From the NCBI RefSeq assembly GCF_053078305.1, contig NZ_CP166879.1: 64,000 nucleotides of DNA; one strand, given 5' to 3'. Below the pieces are notes generated by a model, which was given only the letters and a program-made list of their open reading frames with translations, had not been told where the DNA came from and ran no database searches. Shown piece after piece: positions 19,296 to 30,100 of this stretch. Position numbers and translations under genes: made by a program. Each line of letters begins with the position of its first letter. Positions within the stretch are counted from its first letter, which is position 1.

Positions 19296-20909
19296 TTATT
19301 TATTGGTGAGTACTACGTTCCATGGCAGGAGTTCATCAACTCGGTTGGAAGGCCATTCTGGCAGTACGCTCAGGATATGGCGCAGATACGCTTCCGGATC
19401 GATACCGTTCAGACGGCAGGTGCCGATCAGCCCGTACAACAGTGCTCCACGCTCGCCGCCGTGATCGCTGCCAAAGAACATAAAGTTTTTCTTTCCGAGA
19501 CAGACTGCACGAAGCGCTCTTTCCGCAGCATTATTATCCGCCTCCGCCAGACCGTCATCACTGTAATAACAGAGGGCATCCCACTGATTCAGTACATAGC
19601 TGAACGCTTCGCCCAGTCTGGATTTTTTCGACAGCGTACCATTCTTCTCCACCATCCATTCATGCAGTGACGTCAGTAACACTTTGCTTCGCTGCTGCCT
19701 GACGGCAAGACGCTCTGACTCCGGTAATCCCCGTATTTCATCCTCGATGGCGTACAGTTCACTGATTCGCTTCAGGGCTTCTTCTGCCGTCGCACTTTTG
19801 CTGCTGATGTATACATCGTGGATTTTTCGCCGGGCATGGGCCCAGCACGCAACTTCTGTCAGTGCACCACCTTCACGTTCTGCACTGAACAGCCGATCGT
19901 AACCGCTGAACGCATCCGCCTGCAGGATACCCCGGAAGGGACGAAGGTGTTGTACCGGATGTTTTCCCTGCCTGTCTGGTGAGTAGGCGAACCAGACCGC
20001 CGGTGGCTCTGATGAGCCCGCATTCCGGTCATCCCGGACATACGTCCAGATGCGTCCTGTTTTTGCCTTTTTTCTGCCCGCTGCCAGCACTTTTACTGGT
20101 GTGTCGTCAGTGTGAACCTTGCGGGTGTTCATCACGTAACGGTACAGGGTATCATTCAGCAGAGTCATTAACTGACAACATGCGTCAACCCAGTTGGAGA
20201 GTAATGCCCGGCTCAGTTCGATGCCCTGGCGGGCAAAGATTTCACTCTGACGATACAGTGGCAGGTGTTCGCAGTATTTTCCCGTTAACACGCGGGCAAG
20301 TAATCCGGAGCCCGCGATGCCGCGCTCTATCGGGCGGGACGGCGCTGGCGCTTCAACTATACAGTCACATTTTGTACAGGCTTTTTTTACCCGAACAGTG
20401 CGGATCACTTTCAGGGCGCTACTCACCAGTTCCAGCTGCTCAGCACTGACTTCCCCCAGATAATCCAGCTCACTGCCACACTCCGGGCAACAACTTTCTT
20501 CAGGCTCCAGACGGTGTATTTCACGGGGAAGATGTGCCGGTAACGGACGACGATGACGTGACTGTCGCAACTGGCGGGGAACCTGCGGGTCATCCTCACG
20601 CCCACTGTAACGATCGCTTTCCTGTTCGCGTTGTTTCAGTTGGGCCTCAGCCTGTTCAACCTCACGCTGCAGTTTTTCAGAACGGGTACCGAACAACATC
20701 CGGCGCAGTTTTTCTATCTGGGCCCTCAGATGTTCTATTTCCCGCTCCTCCTCTTCGATCTTTTCCTCGGCACGTGCCAGTGCAGAGCGCAGGAAGGCCT
20801 CCGTCTCTTCAACCAGACTCAGTTGCTGATCTTTCTGACGGAGGGCTTCAGCCTGCTCAGAGAGCAGCCTTTCCAGCTCAGTGATACGAATGAGGTATTT
20901 CCGACTCAT
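19296..20909 (-). CDS. IS66-family transposase OrfC, 537 aa (element A)
   Basis: Coiled-coil N-terminus, CxxC zinc-finger region, DDE-type core typical of IS66 TnpC. Confidence 0.8.
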   Translation of the reverse strand: MSRKYLIRITELERLLSEQAEALRQKDQQLSLVEETEAFLRSALARAEEKIEEEEREIEHLRAQIEKLRRMLFGTRSEKLQREVEQAEAQLKQREQESDRYSGREDDPQVPRQLRQSRHRRPLPAHLPREIHRLEPEESCCPECGSELDYLGEVSAEQLELVSSALKVIRTVRVKKACTKCDCIVEAPAPSRPIERGIAGSGLLARVLTGKYCEHLPLYRQSEIFARQGIELSRALLSNWVDACCQLMTLLNDTLYRYVMNTRKVHTDDTPVKVLAAGRKKAKTGRIWTYVRDDRNAGSSEPPAVWFAYSPDRQGKHPVQHLRPFRGILQADAFSGYDRLFSAEREGGALTEVACWAHARRKIHDVYISSKSATAEEALKRISELYAIEDEIRGLPESERLAVRQQRSKVLLTSLHEWMVEKNGTLSKKSRLGEAFSYVLNQWDALCYYSDDGLAEADNNAAERALRAVCLGKKNFMFFGSDHGGERGALLYGLIGTCRLNGIDPEAYLRHILSVLPEWPSNRVDELLPWNVVLTNK

Positions 20910-20939
20910 GACCGTTTTTATAATCCGGCCATGACATTT

Positions 20940-21290
20940 TTACAACATTGTCAGTGCATTAAGGCGGGATGTTTTGGGCTGACGCCAGTCCAGTTTATCG
21001 AGGAGCATTGCCAGCTGCGAGCGGGTAATGGATACCTTACCGTCACGCACCGCAGGCCAGATAAACTGGCCTTCCTCCAGACGTTTGGTGAACAGGCACA
21101 GACCATCAGCATCAGCCCACAGAATTTTAATCGTGTCACCCCGTCGGCCGCGAAAGATAAACAGGTGACCGGAGAAGGGGTTCTCATCCAGCACATGTTG
21201 TACCTGTTCTCCCAGACCGTTGAAGGATTTACGCATATCAGTAACGCCGGCAACCAGCCAGATTCGAGTGCCTGATGGGAGCGAGATCAT
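20940..21290 (-). CDS. IS66 OrfB (TnpB), 116 aa (element A)
   Basis: MISLPSGTRIWLVAGVTDMRKSFNGL... characteristic IS66 OrfB. Confidence 0.8.
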   Translation of the reverse strand: MISLPSGTRIWLVAGVTDMRKSFNGLGEQVQHVLDENPFSGHLFIFRGRRGDTIKILWADADGLCLFTKRLEEGQFIWPAVRDGKVSITRSQLAMLLDKLDWRQPKTSRLNALTML

Positions 21291-21712
21291 CGTCCCCTCC
21301 CGGTCAGTTCACGGATCAACACCGTGAGCAGCTCTGGTGAAGGATTTTCCAGCGTCATGTTACCGTGGCGGAACTCAACTTTACAGGAACTGGCACTGAC
21401 TGTGCTTTGTGAAGGAGTGGATAAAAGCGGAGTAAGAGCCGCCACAGGCTCTTTCTGCTCATCAGGCGTTATCTCAACAGGTAATAATTCAACGCCAGCG
21501 CCAGAAGAGGTTGTTACCGGAAGACGCCGCGATATACGCCCTTCGTTCTGCCAGAGCCTGAGCCATTTGAACAGGAGGTTATCATTGATATCGTGTTCCC
21601 GGGCAATACGGGCAACAGAGGCTCCTGGTTGTGAAGCCAGTTTAACCATTTGAAGTTTAAACTCATTTGAAAATGATCTGCGGGGTTCTGAGGATAATAT
21701 TTTCTGTTCCAT
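21287..21712 (-). CDS. IS66 OrfA, 141 aa (element A)
   Basis: HTH-containing OrfA (NEFKLQMVKL...); overlaps orfB by 4 bp. Confidence 0.75.
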   Translation of the reverse strand: MEQKILSSEPRRSFSNEFKLQMVKLASQPGASVARIAREHDINDNLLFKWLRLWQNEGRISRRLPVTTSSGAGVELLPVEITPDEQKEPVAALTPLLSTPSQSTVSASSCKVEFRHGNMTLENPSPELLTVLIRELTGRGR

Positions 21713-21802
21713 AACAGGTGTCCACTAGTTGAAAAGGTGGGCACCTACGTTACCAATACTGGCTTAATGGCTACATACGGCGGTCAGTTTACGCTTACTG
21801 CT

Positions 21803-23320
21803 ATGGCACTTACCATGGTACAAAAAGTCATGTCGGAGAATGCCGAAAAAGAGCGGGAATTACTGGAGAAAAGCCGGCGCATCCAGCTTCTGGAAGAAAT
21901 GCTGAAACTGGTTCGTCAACAGCGCTTCGGTAAAAAATGTGAAACGCTGGCTGGTATGCAACGCTCCCTGTTCGAAGAGGATGTTGATGTCGATATCGCC
22001 GCGCTTACCGCACATCTGGATAAACTGCTCCCGCAATCCCCTGAAGAAGACGAAAAAGCGTCCCGTTCACGCCCGATACGCAAACCCTTACCGGCTCATC
22101 TTCCACGGGTGGAAAAAATTATCCAGCCGGACACTGACCATTGCCCTGAATGTGACGAGCCGCTGCACTATATCCGTGATGCGGTGAGTGAAAAGCTGGA
22201 GTATATTCCCGTTCACTTCGTGGTGAACCGTTATGTCCGTCCGCAATACAGTTGTCCCTGTTGCCAGAAGGTGTTCAGCGGTGAAATGCCGGCACATATC
22301 CTCCCGAAAAGTGCCGTTGAGCCATCAGTCATCGCACAGGTGATCATCAATAAATACGGTGACCACCTGCCTCTGTATCGCCAGCAGCACATTTTCTCCC
22401 GAATGGGGGTGGAGCTCCCCGTCAGTACAATGGCGGATAGGGTCGGTGTTGCTGGCGCTGCACTGGCCCCGCTGGCAAAATTGTTACGCCACGAGCTTCT
22501 GACACGGGATGTTATTCATGCCGATGAAACGTCCCTGAGGCTCCCTGATACCCGGAAAGGCGGTAAATCCTGCTCCGGCTGGCTGTGGGCTTACGTCAGC
22601 GGAGAAAGAAGCAGTCCGCCGGTCGTCTGTTTTGACTCGCAGACCGGACGGGCCCTCAGATATCCTGAGGCCTGGCTGCAGGGCTGGTGTGGCGGTACGC
22701 TGGTGAGTGACGGATACAGCGTGTACAAATCTCTGGCGGATAATGACCCCGGTATTACATCTGCCTGTTGCTGGAGCCACGCAAGGCGCGGTTTCGCAAA
22801 TCTGTATAAGGCCAGCAGGGAGCCCCGTGCAGCCATGGCGCTGAGAAAAATCGCGGGTCTTTATCGCATTGAGAAGTTCATCCGTGAACGTCCTGTGGAA
22901 AAAATACGGCAATGGCGACAACGGTATTCCCGGCCGATAGTGAATGACCTGTTTGCCTGGCCTGAAGAGCAGGAGCCGTGCTGTCCGCCCGACGGACCAC
23001 TAAACAAAGCGATTAATTATATCCTGAACCGGCGCGATGAACTGAGCTGCTTCCTGAGTGACGGAGCCGTGCCCCTGGACAACAATATCTGCGAGCGTGC
23101 TATCCGCCCGGTCGTTATGGGACGAAAGGCCTGGTTGTTCGCCGGTTCACTGATGGCCGGAAACCGCGCGGCACAGATAATGAGCCTTCTGGAAACGGCA
23201 AAACGTAATGGTCTGGAGCCACATGCCTGGCTGACAGACGTCCTGGCGCGTCTGCCGGAATGGCCAGAGGAGCGACTGGCAGAGTTGCTGCCTCTTGAGG
23301 GATTTACCTTCTCCGGGTGA
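21803..23320 (+). CDS. IS66-family transposase OrfC (element B), about 505 aa; start codon lies inside the duplicated target of element A
   Basis: IS66 TnpC-like sequence; the track's longer ORF (from 21737) reads through the element A inverted repeat, so the first ATG after the repeat (21803) is preferred. Confidence 0.65.
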   Translation: MALTMVQKVMSENAEKERELLEKSRRIQLLEEMLKLVRQQRFGKKCETLAGMQRSLFEEDVDVDIAALTAHLDKLLPQSPEEDEKASRSRPIRKPLPAHLPRVEKIIQPDTDHCPECDEPLHYIRDAVSEKLEYIPVHFVVNRYVRPQYSCPCCQKVFSGEMPAHILPKSAVEPSVIAQVIINKYGDHLPLYRQQHIFSRMGVELPVSTMADRVGVAGAALAPLAKLLRHELLTRDVIHADETSLRLPDTRKGGKSCSGWLWAYVSGERSSPPVVCFDSQTGRALRYPEAWLQGWCGGTLVSDGYSVYKSLADNDPGITSACCWSHARRGFANLYKASREPRAAMALRKIAGLYRIEKFIRERPVEKIRQWRQRYSRPIVNDLFAWPEEQEPCCPPDGPLNKAINYILNRRDELSCFLSDGAVPLDNNICERAIRPVVMGRKAWLFAGSLMAGNRAAQIMSLLETAKRNGLEPHAWLTDVLARLPEWPEERLAELLPLEGFTFSG

Positions 23321-23921
23321 GTGATACCTGCCGTCAGGTGTTCGTGCACCGGGCCATAACCTGCAGTCGGGAGTTGAACTCCTGACGACAGGAAATGAGC
23401 CAGACCAGCAACCACACGGGCTGACAGCGAATAAGAACCTGAATCAGCCCGGAGTCATTCCCGGGTCAGTACATCATCACCTGCCATTAATCCCCGAGTC
23501 AGTACTTCGCGGCCTGACGCGATCACCCTACTCAGTACTTCAGAGCCCGCCTCCGGTACCTGCCTGGCGATCGCCCCTGTGCAACAAAATAAATCAACCG
23601 TTATCAGACCACGATCGTTCGTATGCGCCGCCGATGACGCGCGCCTGAAAAACGCGTCAATATGAGTTCCCCGGAAGCTTACGGAAAAGTTGAAGATCAT
23701 GCTGTTTATTTTCATCTGTATTGTCACCAGTCAGCATATGCCCCGGTCCCCGATTAGGTTGCGTGTTTTCATGGAAGGAGAGCGCCCAATAACCTCTATT
23801 GAGATTGGAGTTACTCACCGATCACTTCCACAGTAATACGCACATTACCATCATTCCTGATGGCATTGACCAGGAACATAACTACCAATAAAAATTCCCC
23901 AAAGTTGAAGTTACCGTAAGC

Positions 23922-24197
23922 CTATTTTTTATCTTCTTTTCTTTCTTGTAACTTTGCTTTTATCCAAATACCAATCCCTGCTAACATACCAGCCCCTCCC
24001 CCCACCTTTAAAGAATAAATAATATCTGCCCTCCAATCAAAAAATAAAACTTGAGTTTTAGAAAAAACTATCAGTCTACCAAGAATAGTACCTAACATTG
24101 CCATAAAAAAGATGCAAGCTATGCAGCGCATTATTAGTATGATAAGAATGTAAAAGTTGACACTCTTATTTATTTTTAATGGATTTATCAGCTTCAT
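23922..24197 (-). CDS. cdiI: CdiI-like immunity protein (small membrane protein), 91 aa
   Basis: Overlaps the cdiA 3' end by 32 bp; hydrophobic helices; position typical of CDI immunity genes. Function inferred from context. Confidence 0.55.
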   Translation of the reverse strand: MKLINPLKINKSVNFYILIILIMRCIACIFFMAMLGTILGRLIVFSKTQVLFFDWRADIIYSLKVGGGAGMLAGIGIWIKAKLQERKEDKK

Positions 24198-27100
24198 CTA
24201 GTGTTCCTTTTGTTACATTCCCGATAGCTTCACCAGTAATTGTTCCCCCAATATTACCAATAATATCAGATGTTCCCTCTTTGACAGTAGAGCCCATTGA
24301 CCCCGAGATGACTTTCCCTATACCGCCACCAAATACTGAACCTAATCCTGTCCCAATAACTGAATTTGTCGGATCCTCGCCTTTAATACTACTACCAATT
24401 GCCGCGCCGCTCATGTTGATAGGAGTTGAGACGATGATGCCTTTACCGGTTGTAGCTGCAGCTGTCACCCCAGCCATTATCGCATCCACATAACTGAAAG
24501 GACCTTTTCCAGCAAGCTGAGCAGCTGAGTTTACGCTGATACCAATTGCTGCATTAGTCGCCATACCTTTCACTGTTAACCCCAGTACGCTTCCTCCAAA
24601 CAACAAAGGAGCATCACCAATACTTGCATTAGATTTATGATACCCCCAGGTATTCATAATGCTTTGAGCCTTTGCCATTGCTTCAGTATCAGGGTTACGT
24701 TTTATATAGTCCTGTCCTGACAGTAACCCGGTAACAAGCTCCTGTGCCACCGCTGTACCGTACTCCTTTTCCATTTCTGAAGCATATACACGCAAGTAAG
24801 CTGCCAGTTCAGCACGTTCTGCGCTGTTTAATTGTGAAGGATCTTTATTAAATTTGGATACCAGAGCATCACTACGTTTATCTGCATTTTCCAGCTTAAT
24901 CAGCTCATTAGCAGTGGCTAATGTCTTATCGCCGTTCCTGATTTTCTCAATGGCTTTATCCAGTTTGTCAGAAGATGTCGCTCCCAGAAAGTTATTCTCA
25001 ACAGTCGTCTTACCTGACTGTGCGCCGGCTACCGCTGAAGCCCCCGAGTTGCCCACCAGACCACCGGCCAGGCCGGCAGCAACCGTTGCCAGTGTCGAGA
25101 CCGTCTGCTTCTCTGTCTCGCTCAGTTCACTCACCGGCTTACCGTACATCTGTGTGGCTATCATTCCCACCACCTCGCCGGTGGCAGCCCCTGCGGCACC
25201 GGCAAGGGCATTATTTCCCTGTGCCACCGCCAGCGCGGCATTCACAACCGCATGGGCGGCCACACGCCCCGCACCGTCCGGGGTGTTATTTTTGATTATT
25301 TCTGCAATGTACGGCGCAGCACCACCTGCCAGGGCTGCACTCAGATTACCACCGGCCAGTCCCTGTACCGCTGCCGTTGCAGCCTGTATCGCCTGCTGGT
25401 ATTTGCCTCCCGTTCCAAAACCGGAGGCTGCCATACCGTTATTGTAGGCCCGCTGTGCCACATCCTGTTCCGTGAACGGTTTTCCTGCTGCCTCAAGCTC
25501 CGCACGGGCCTGATTCAGTGCTGCCGGGTCCCGCTTCGCTTTCTCACCGGCTATCTGTCCTTCCGTTCTGGCAATATCTGCCACCTGGTTACCAATCTCA
25601 CCAATGAGTTGCGCCTGCTGCAGTCGCTGCTGCTCTTTTTCCCTGTCAAAGATGGGGGACAGCGTCTGATTTGCATGTGCTGCGTCACGGTTCAGGTCTG
25701 CCACATCCTGTTTCTGGCTCTGCGTATCCCGGATGGTGATATTCCCGGCAGACACTGCCGACTGCGTGGTACTGTCCGCATGGCCTTCATGATTTGCACC
25801 GACCAGCAGATTGTTTGCCATGTTCCCCAGGAAATTTCCAGCAACACTGCCACCGGTACTGAGCCCTGTACTCTGATGTTCCGTTTTAAAGTCGGCCCGG
25901 TTTTCAATGTCACTGAAGCCCAGTGTGCCGGTATCCAGCCTGTTTTTATCTGCCGTTGCCGTGGACGCAATCACCGCACCGTTCAGTTGCGTATGCTGTC
26001 CGGTGGTGACATCAAACCCGCCCCTGCCGGCAAAAATCCCCGTCTGCTCCTGTACACTGTCGTAGTTACTGTGCATTTTATCCCGGCTGAGGTTCACACT
26101 CGCCGAACCGCTCATGGACCCGAAAATGAAGCTGCCTCCGGCGCTGGCATTCTGCTGCTTACTGTCATAACGGTCACTGTCCTGCTCACTGGTCAGTGTC
26201 AGATGACGACCGGCATCCACTTTCACCGTTTCACCGCCAGCCTGCGCGCCGGTAAGCGTGGTGTCCCGCCCGCTGATAATGGTCAGCCGGTTTCCCGCAT
26301 CCACCGTGGTTTCTGTATGGGTGGTACCGTTGCCTTTTTCACTGCCCTTACCCTGGTTTGCGCTGGCTGAAACACTGATACCCCAGCCTCCGGAGCCCAC
26401 ACCAACACCGACACCCACGCTGCCACCACTGGATGTGTTCTTTCCTTCCAGCTTTGACGTGTTTTCTGCTGATACCAGATTCACGTCACGGTTTGCCTGC
26501 AGCAGAACGTTGTTCCCGGCCTTTATCTGACTGCCCTGTATCGTCAGGTCACCATCCACGCCCTTCACGCCGGAGCCGGTGGCCTGAATACTGAGGTTAT
26601 TACCTGCGGTCAGTGTACTGCCCTTCGCCACCGTCTGCTCTGACTGCTGTTCTGATTTCGAAGACTGGCTGCCGTAAGAGAGGCTGATGCCCACCGTGTT
26701 ATTATTTCCGGCATCGGCTCCCTGCGCGTCTGCCAGTCGTCCGGCCTGCACGGCCTGAGCCCCCGAGAGCGCGGCCTTCACCCCCTGCAGGGCTTCAAGC
26801 CGGCTGTTTCCGGCAGATTTCGCCGCCTGTACGGTCTCCACCGTCGTATTCAGGGCGCTGCCCGCTGTGCCGGACAGGGCAAGCGTCAGACCGGAGGTTT
26901 TCTGCTCCACCGTATGTGTCTGTACATGCTGGTCTGTGGCGGCGGTAATGCTGACCTCCTTACCGCTGAGTGCCATGTCCCTGCCGGCAATCAGGTCAGA
27001 GCCGTTGACGGTCAACCGGTTACCTGCCTGAAGGGAAACATCACCGTGAACACTCCCCACCGTGCTGCCTTTCTGTGTGGTGTCTGTTGCGGTGTCCGTG

Positions 27101-30100
27101 ACTTTCAGACTCTGGCTGCCCATGCTGAATCCCACACCTCCGGAGCTCATCAGCCCAGATTTTTTCTCCTGTTTCAGGTGTGTTTCACGGTTGCTTTCTG
27201 TCAGCGTGCCGATACTCAGGTCATTTCCGGCAGCCAGGGAGACACGGTTATCCCCGGCCACACTGCTGCCCGTGACGTTCAGATTATGTCCGGCACTGAT
27301 ACTGACCGTATCCCCGTTCAGTTCACTGCCCGTCATGGTCCGGCGGTCAGTGACATCATGCGTGGTTGTGGTGGTTTTCGATAACATCCCGCTGCTGCCG
27401 GTCACTTTATGGTATTCATCCAGCGAGCGGGTATTCTGTGCACCGGTCAGCGTCACGTCATGACCTGCCATCAGGGCCAGGCCTTTCTGAGCTGACAGCG
27501 ATGCCGCCTGTGACGTCATATCCCGTCCGGCGGTCAGCGTGACATCACCGTTACCGGCAAGCGTGCTGCCCGTACTCTGTGTGACGCCCTGCGACAGACG
27601 ATTATTTTTATCCCAGATAATATTGTCCTGCGCGGAAGTGGTCACAGTGGAAAGCGTCATATCCCTGCCCGCACTGAGTTGCGTCAGGCTGTCCTTACCC
27701 TGATTCACCACCGTTGCAGCCGTCAGATTCATATCCCGTCCGGCCTGCAGCACCAGTCTTCCCTGGTCGTTCTGCACATACACGCCGGCCACACTGTCGA
27801 TACTGGTACGTTCAAAATGGTTCTGTCCGGCGTCGCGCTGTGCCGTACGGGTGGTGGTGGTCAGACTGATATCCCGTCCGGCCATCGCCAGCAGGCTGTC
27901 CGTGGCCTGCAGCAGCCCGCCGGTACTGTTAATATCCGTCCGGGCCGTCAGGCTGACATTTGCTCCCTGAATGGAGCCGGCCTGGTTGTGAATGTTTTCT
28001 GCACTGAGCTGCACGGTCTGCTTCCCGGCCAGTTTACCGCTGTTAAACAGGTCACCATCCAGCTTCATCACCATGTCCCTGCCGGCAATCAGCGCACCGG
28101 CGCTGTTCACATCACCGGGTTTTACACGGGCATACACCTGAGGTACCTGAACCGTCTGCGTGCTGCCGTCCGGCAGTGTCACCGTGGTGTTAACCAGCCA
28201 GACAATATCACCGGTCAGTAACGCCATCTGCTCAGCAGTCAGCGCCACACCTGGTGTCAGGTTGTATTGCTTACCAAATGCAATACCCGCATCCATTAAC
28301 GCCTTAAACTGCTCTTCATCATTACTGTATCCGTCCAGGTACCGTTGCCCGGTCAGAGCGACAACCTGCTCACGAATCAGACGCTGTTCGTAAAAACCAT
28401 CCCCCAGGCGTTTGAGCATGTTATCCCCGTTCTGAGAAAACGCCTTCTGCATGTAATCACTGCCCAGCCACGTCTTCTGGTTCGTAAAACGCGGGTCCGT
28501 TTCAACCAGATATGGCACATTCACTGCCGGGTTTGTTTTAAACAGGCTGCTGTCCGGCAGACGGGTATCCGGCCCGGCAACATGGATACTGCCCTGAGGT
28601 GCGCTGACTTCAAACTGCTGCCCCGGCAACAGAATGACCGGTTCACCGGCAGACACCACCGGGCGAAGCGGTATCCGGTCAGTAGCGGCTACTGCCGCAT
28701 CCACATTTCCGGCCTGTCCTGTCTGTACATCCGTTCCCTGTGGCTTCAGAGGAGAAAGCGTGACCTGGCTGCCCTGAATCTGTCCGTGGCTGGTGAGCTC
28801 TCCCGGCTTCAGCGTAATGCTCTGAATTACAGTGGGCGGAGTGTACTGAGAGGTTTTCTCCCCCTGCTTATCCTTTCCTTTTTTCCTGATACGGTAATAA
28901 TACGTGGATGTTCCTGAGTCCGTAACATGCCGCTCGCCACTGACACTGACATTTTCCACGCTTCCTGACGGAATGGTCAGCAGGCCGCCTGCAACAACCT
29001 GACTCTTATCATTAAGCAGTTTGTCTGCCACAATCGTCATGCCGGCACCGGACAGAATTTTTCCCGGGTCGGAGTCTTTTACCCGGGTTTCTTCCACGGT
29101 ACGGGTGTAATCATACTGCGTGAATTTATCTCTGGCGCCTTCCGGTGTATGCAGTTTTTTCAGTGAGTTACTGGAATCGTTATCCACATAAACGCCCGGT
29201 TCACCGGCGCTCCAGCGTTTATCTGAGCCGCTGAGCTGATACTCAGTCACCTTTTCCGTGGAAACCACCACGCGCTCCGTGGTGAAATGGTCATTGACGT
29301 TATTGATTTGTCCGGCACTCAGTACCAGATATCCGGCGGCTTCAATAGTGGCACTGTGATTATTCAGTACACCGGCTTTCCCCGTGGCGGCACCATTCGC
29401 ATCCAGCATGCCACCAGTATGCATATCACCTGCACTGTAAATCAGGCTGTGCGTCCGGTTATTCAGGGTCTGTACCCCTAAGTCCACACGCTCACGCCCG
29501 GCCAGCGTCGCCGCCACGCCATTTTCTTCCAGATTATTAAATGTGGCAGCGCTGACACCAACAGCATCGCCGTAGATTCGCCCGGTACCGGAATTCGTCA
29601 GGGTGTTCGCCTGAAGATGCGTATATTTCCCGTCAATCAGCCCACGGTTCAGCAGTGTGTCCGTCACGTTAAGCCAGGTCTGCCCGGCACTGATTTCACC
29701 TTTCTCTGTGTTTTCAAGGCGGATGCTGTTCAGGTCAAGCCGGCTGCCTGCCAGCAGGCTGCCGGTATTAGAGACATCGCCATTAACGGAAAGCGTAAGG
29801 TTTCCGTTCGCAATAGTCTGACCACTGTTGCTGAACGTTGTGTTACTTTTCAGCGTCATATCGCCCAGCGAAAGCAGTTTCCCGTCACCACCGAGCTGAC
29901 CGGCATCCACAGATACTGACTGCCCGGCCTTAACCACGCCGTCACGGTTCGAAAACGCCAGCTGACGGCCACTGACAGACAATGTCGCGCCGGAAGAGAG
30001 GACGCCGTCATTATTACTGAGCGTCCTGTCTGCCATAACCGTAAGCGCCCTGTCTGCCAGAATACTGCCCTCCTGGTTATCAAGGTCCTGCGTCGTGATG

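Larger units (their letters stand above)
19266..21798 (-). mobile_element. IS66-family element A (orfA-orfB-orfC), 2533 bp, inserted with an 8-bp target-site duplication
   Basis: Ends GTAAGCG... (19266) and ...CGCTTAC (21798), imperfect inverted repeats; flanked by direct repeats TGCTATGG at 19258..19265 and 21799..21806. Confidence 0.8.
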
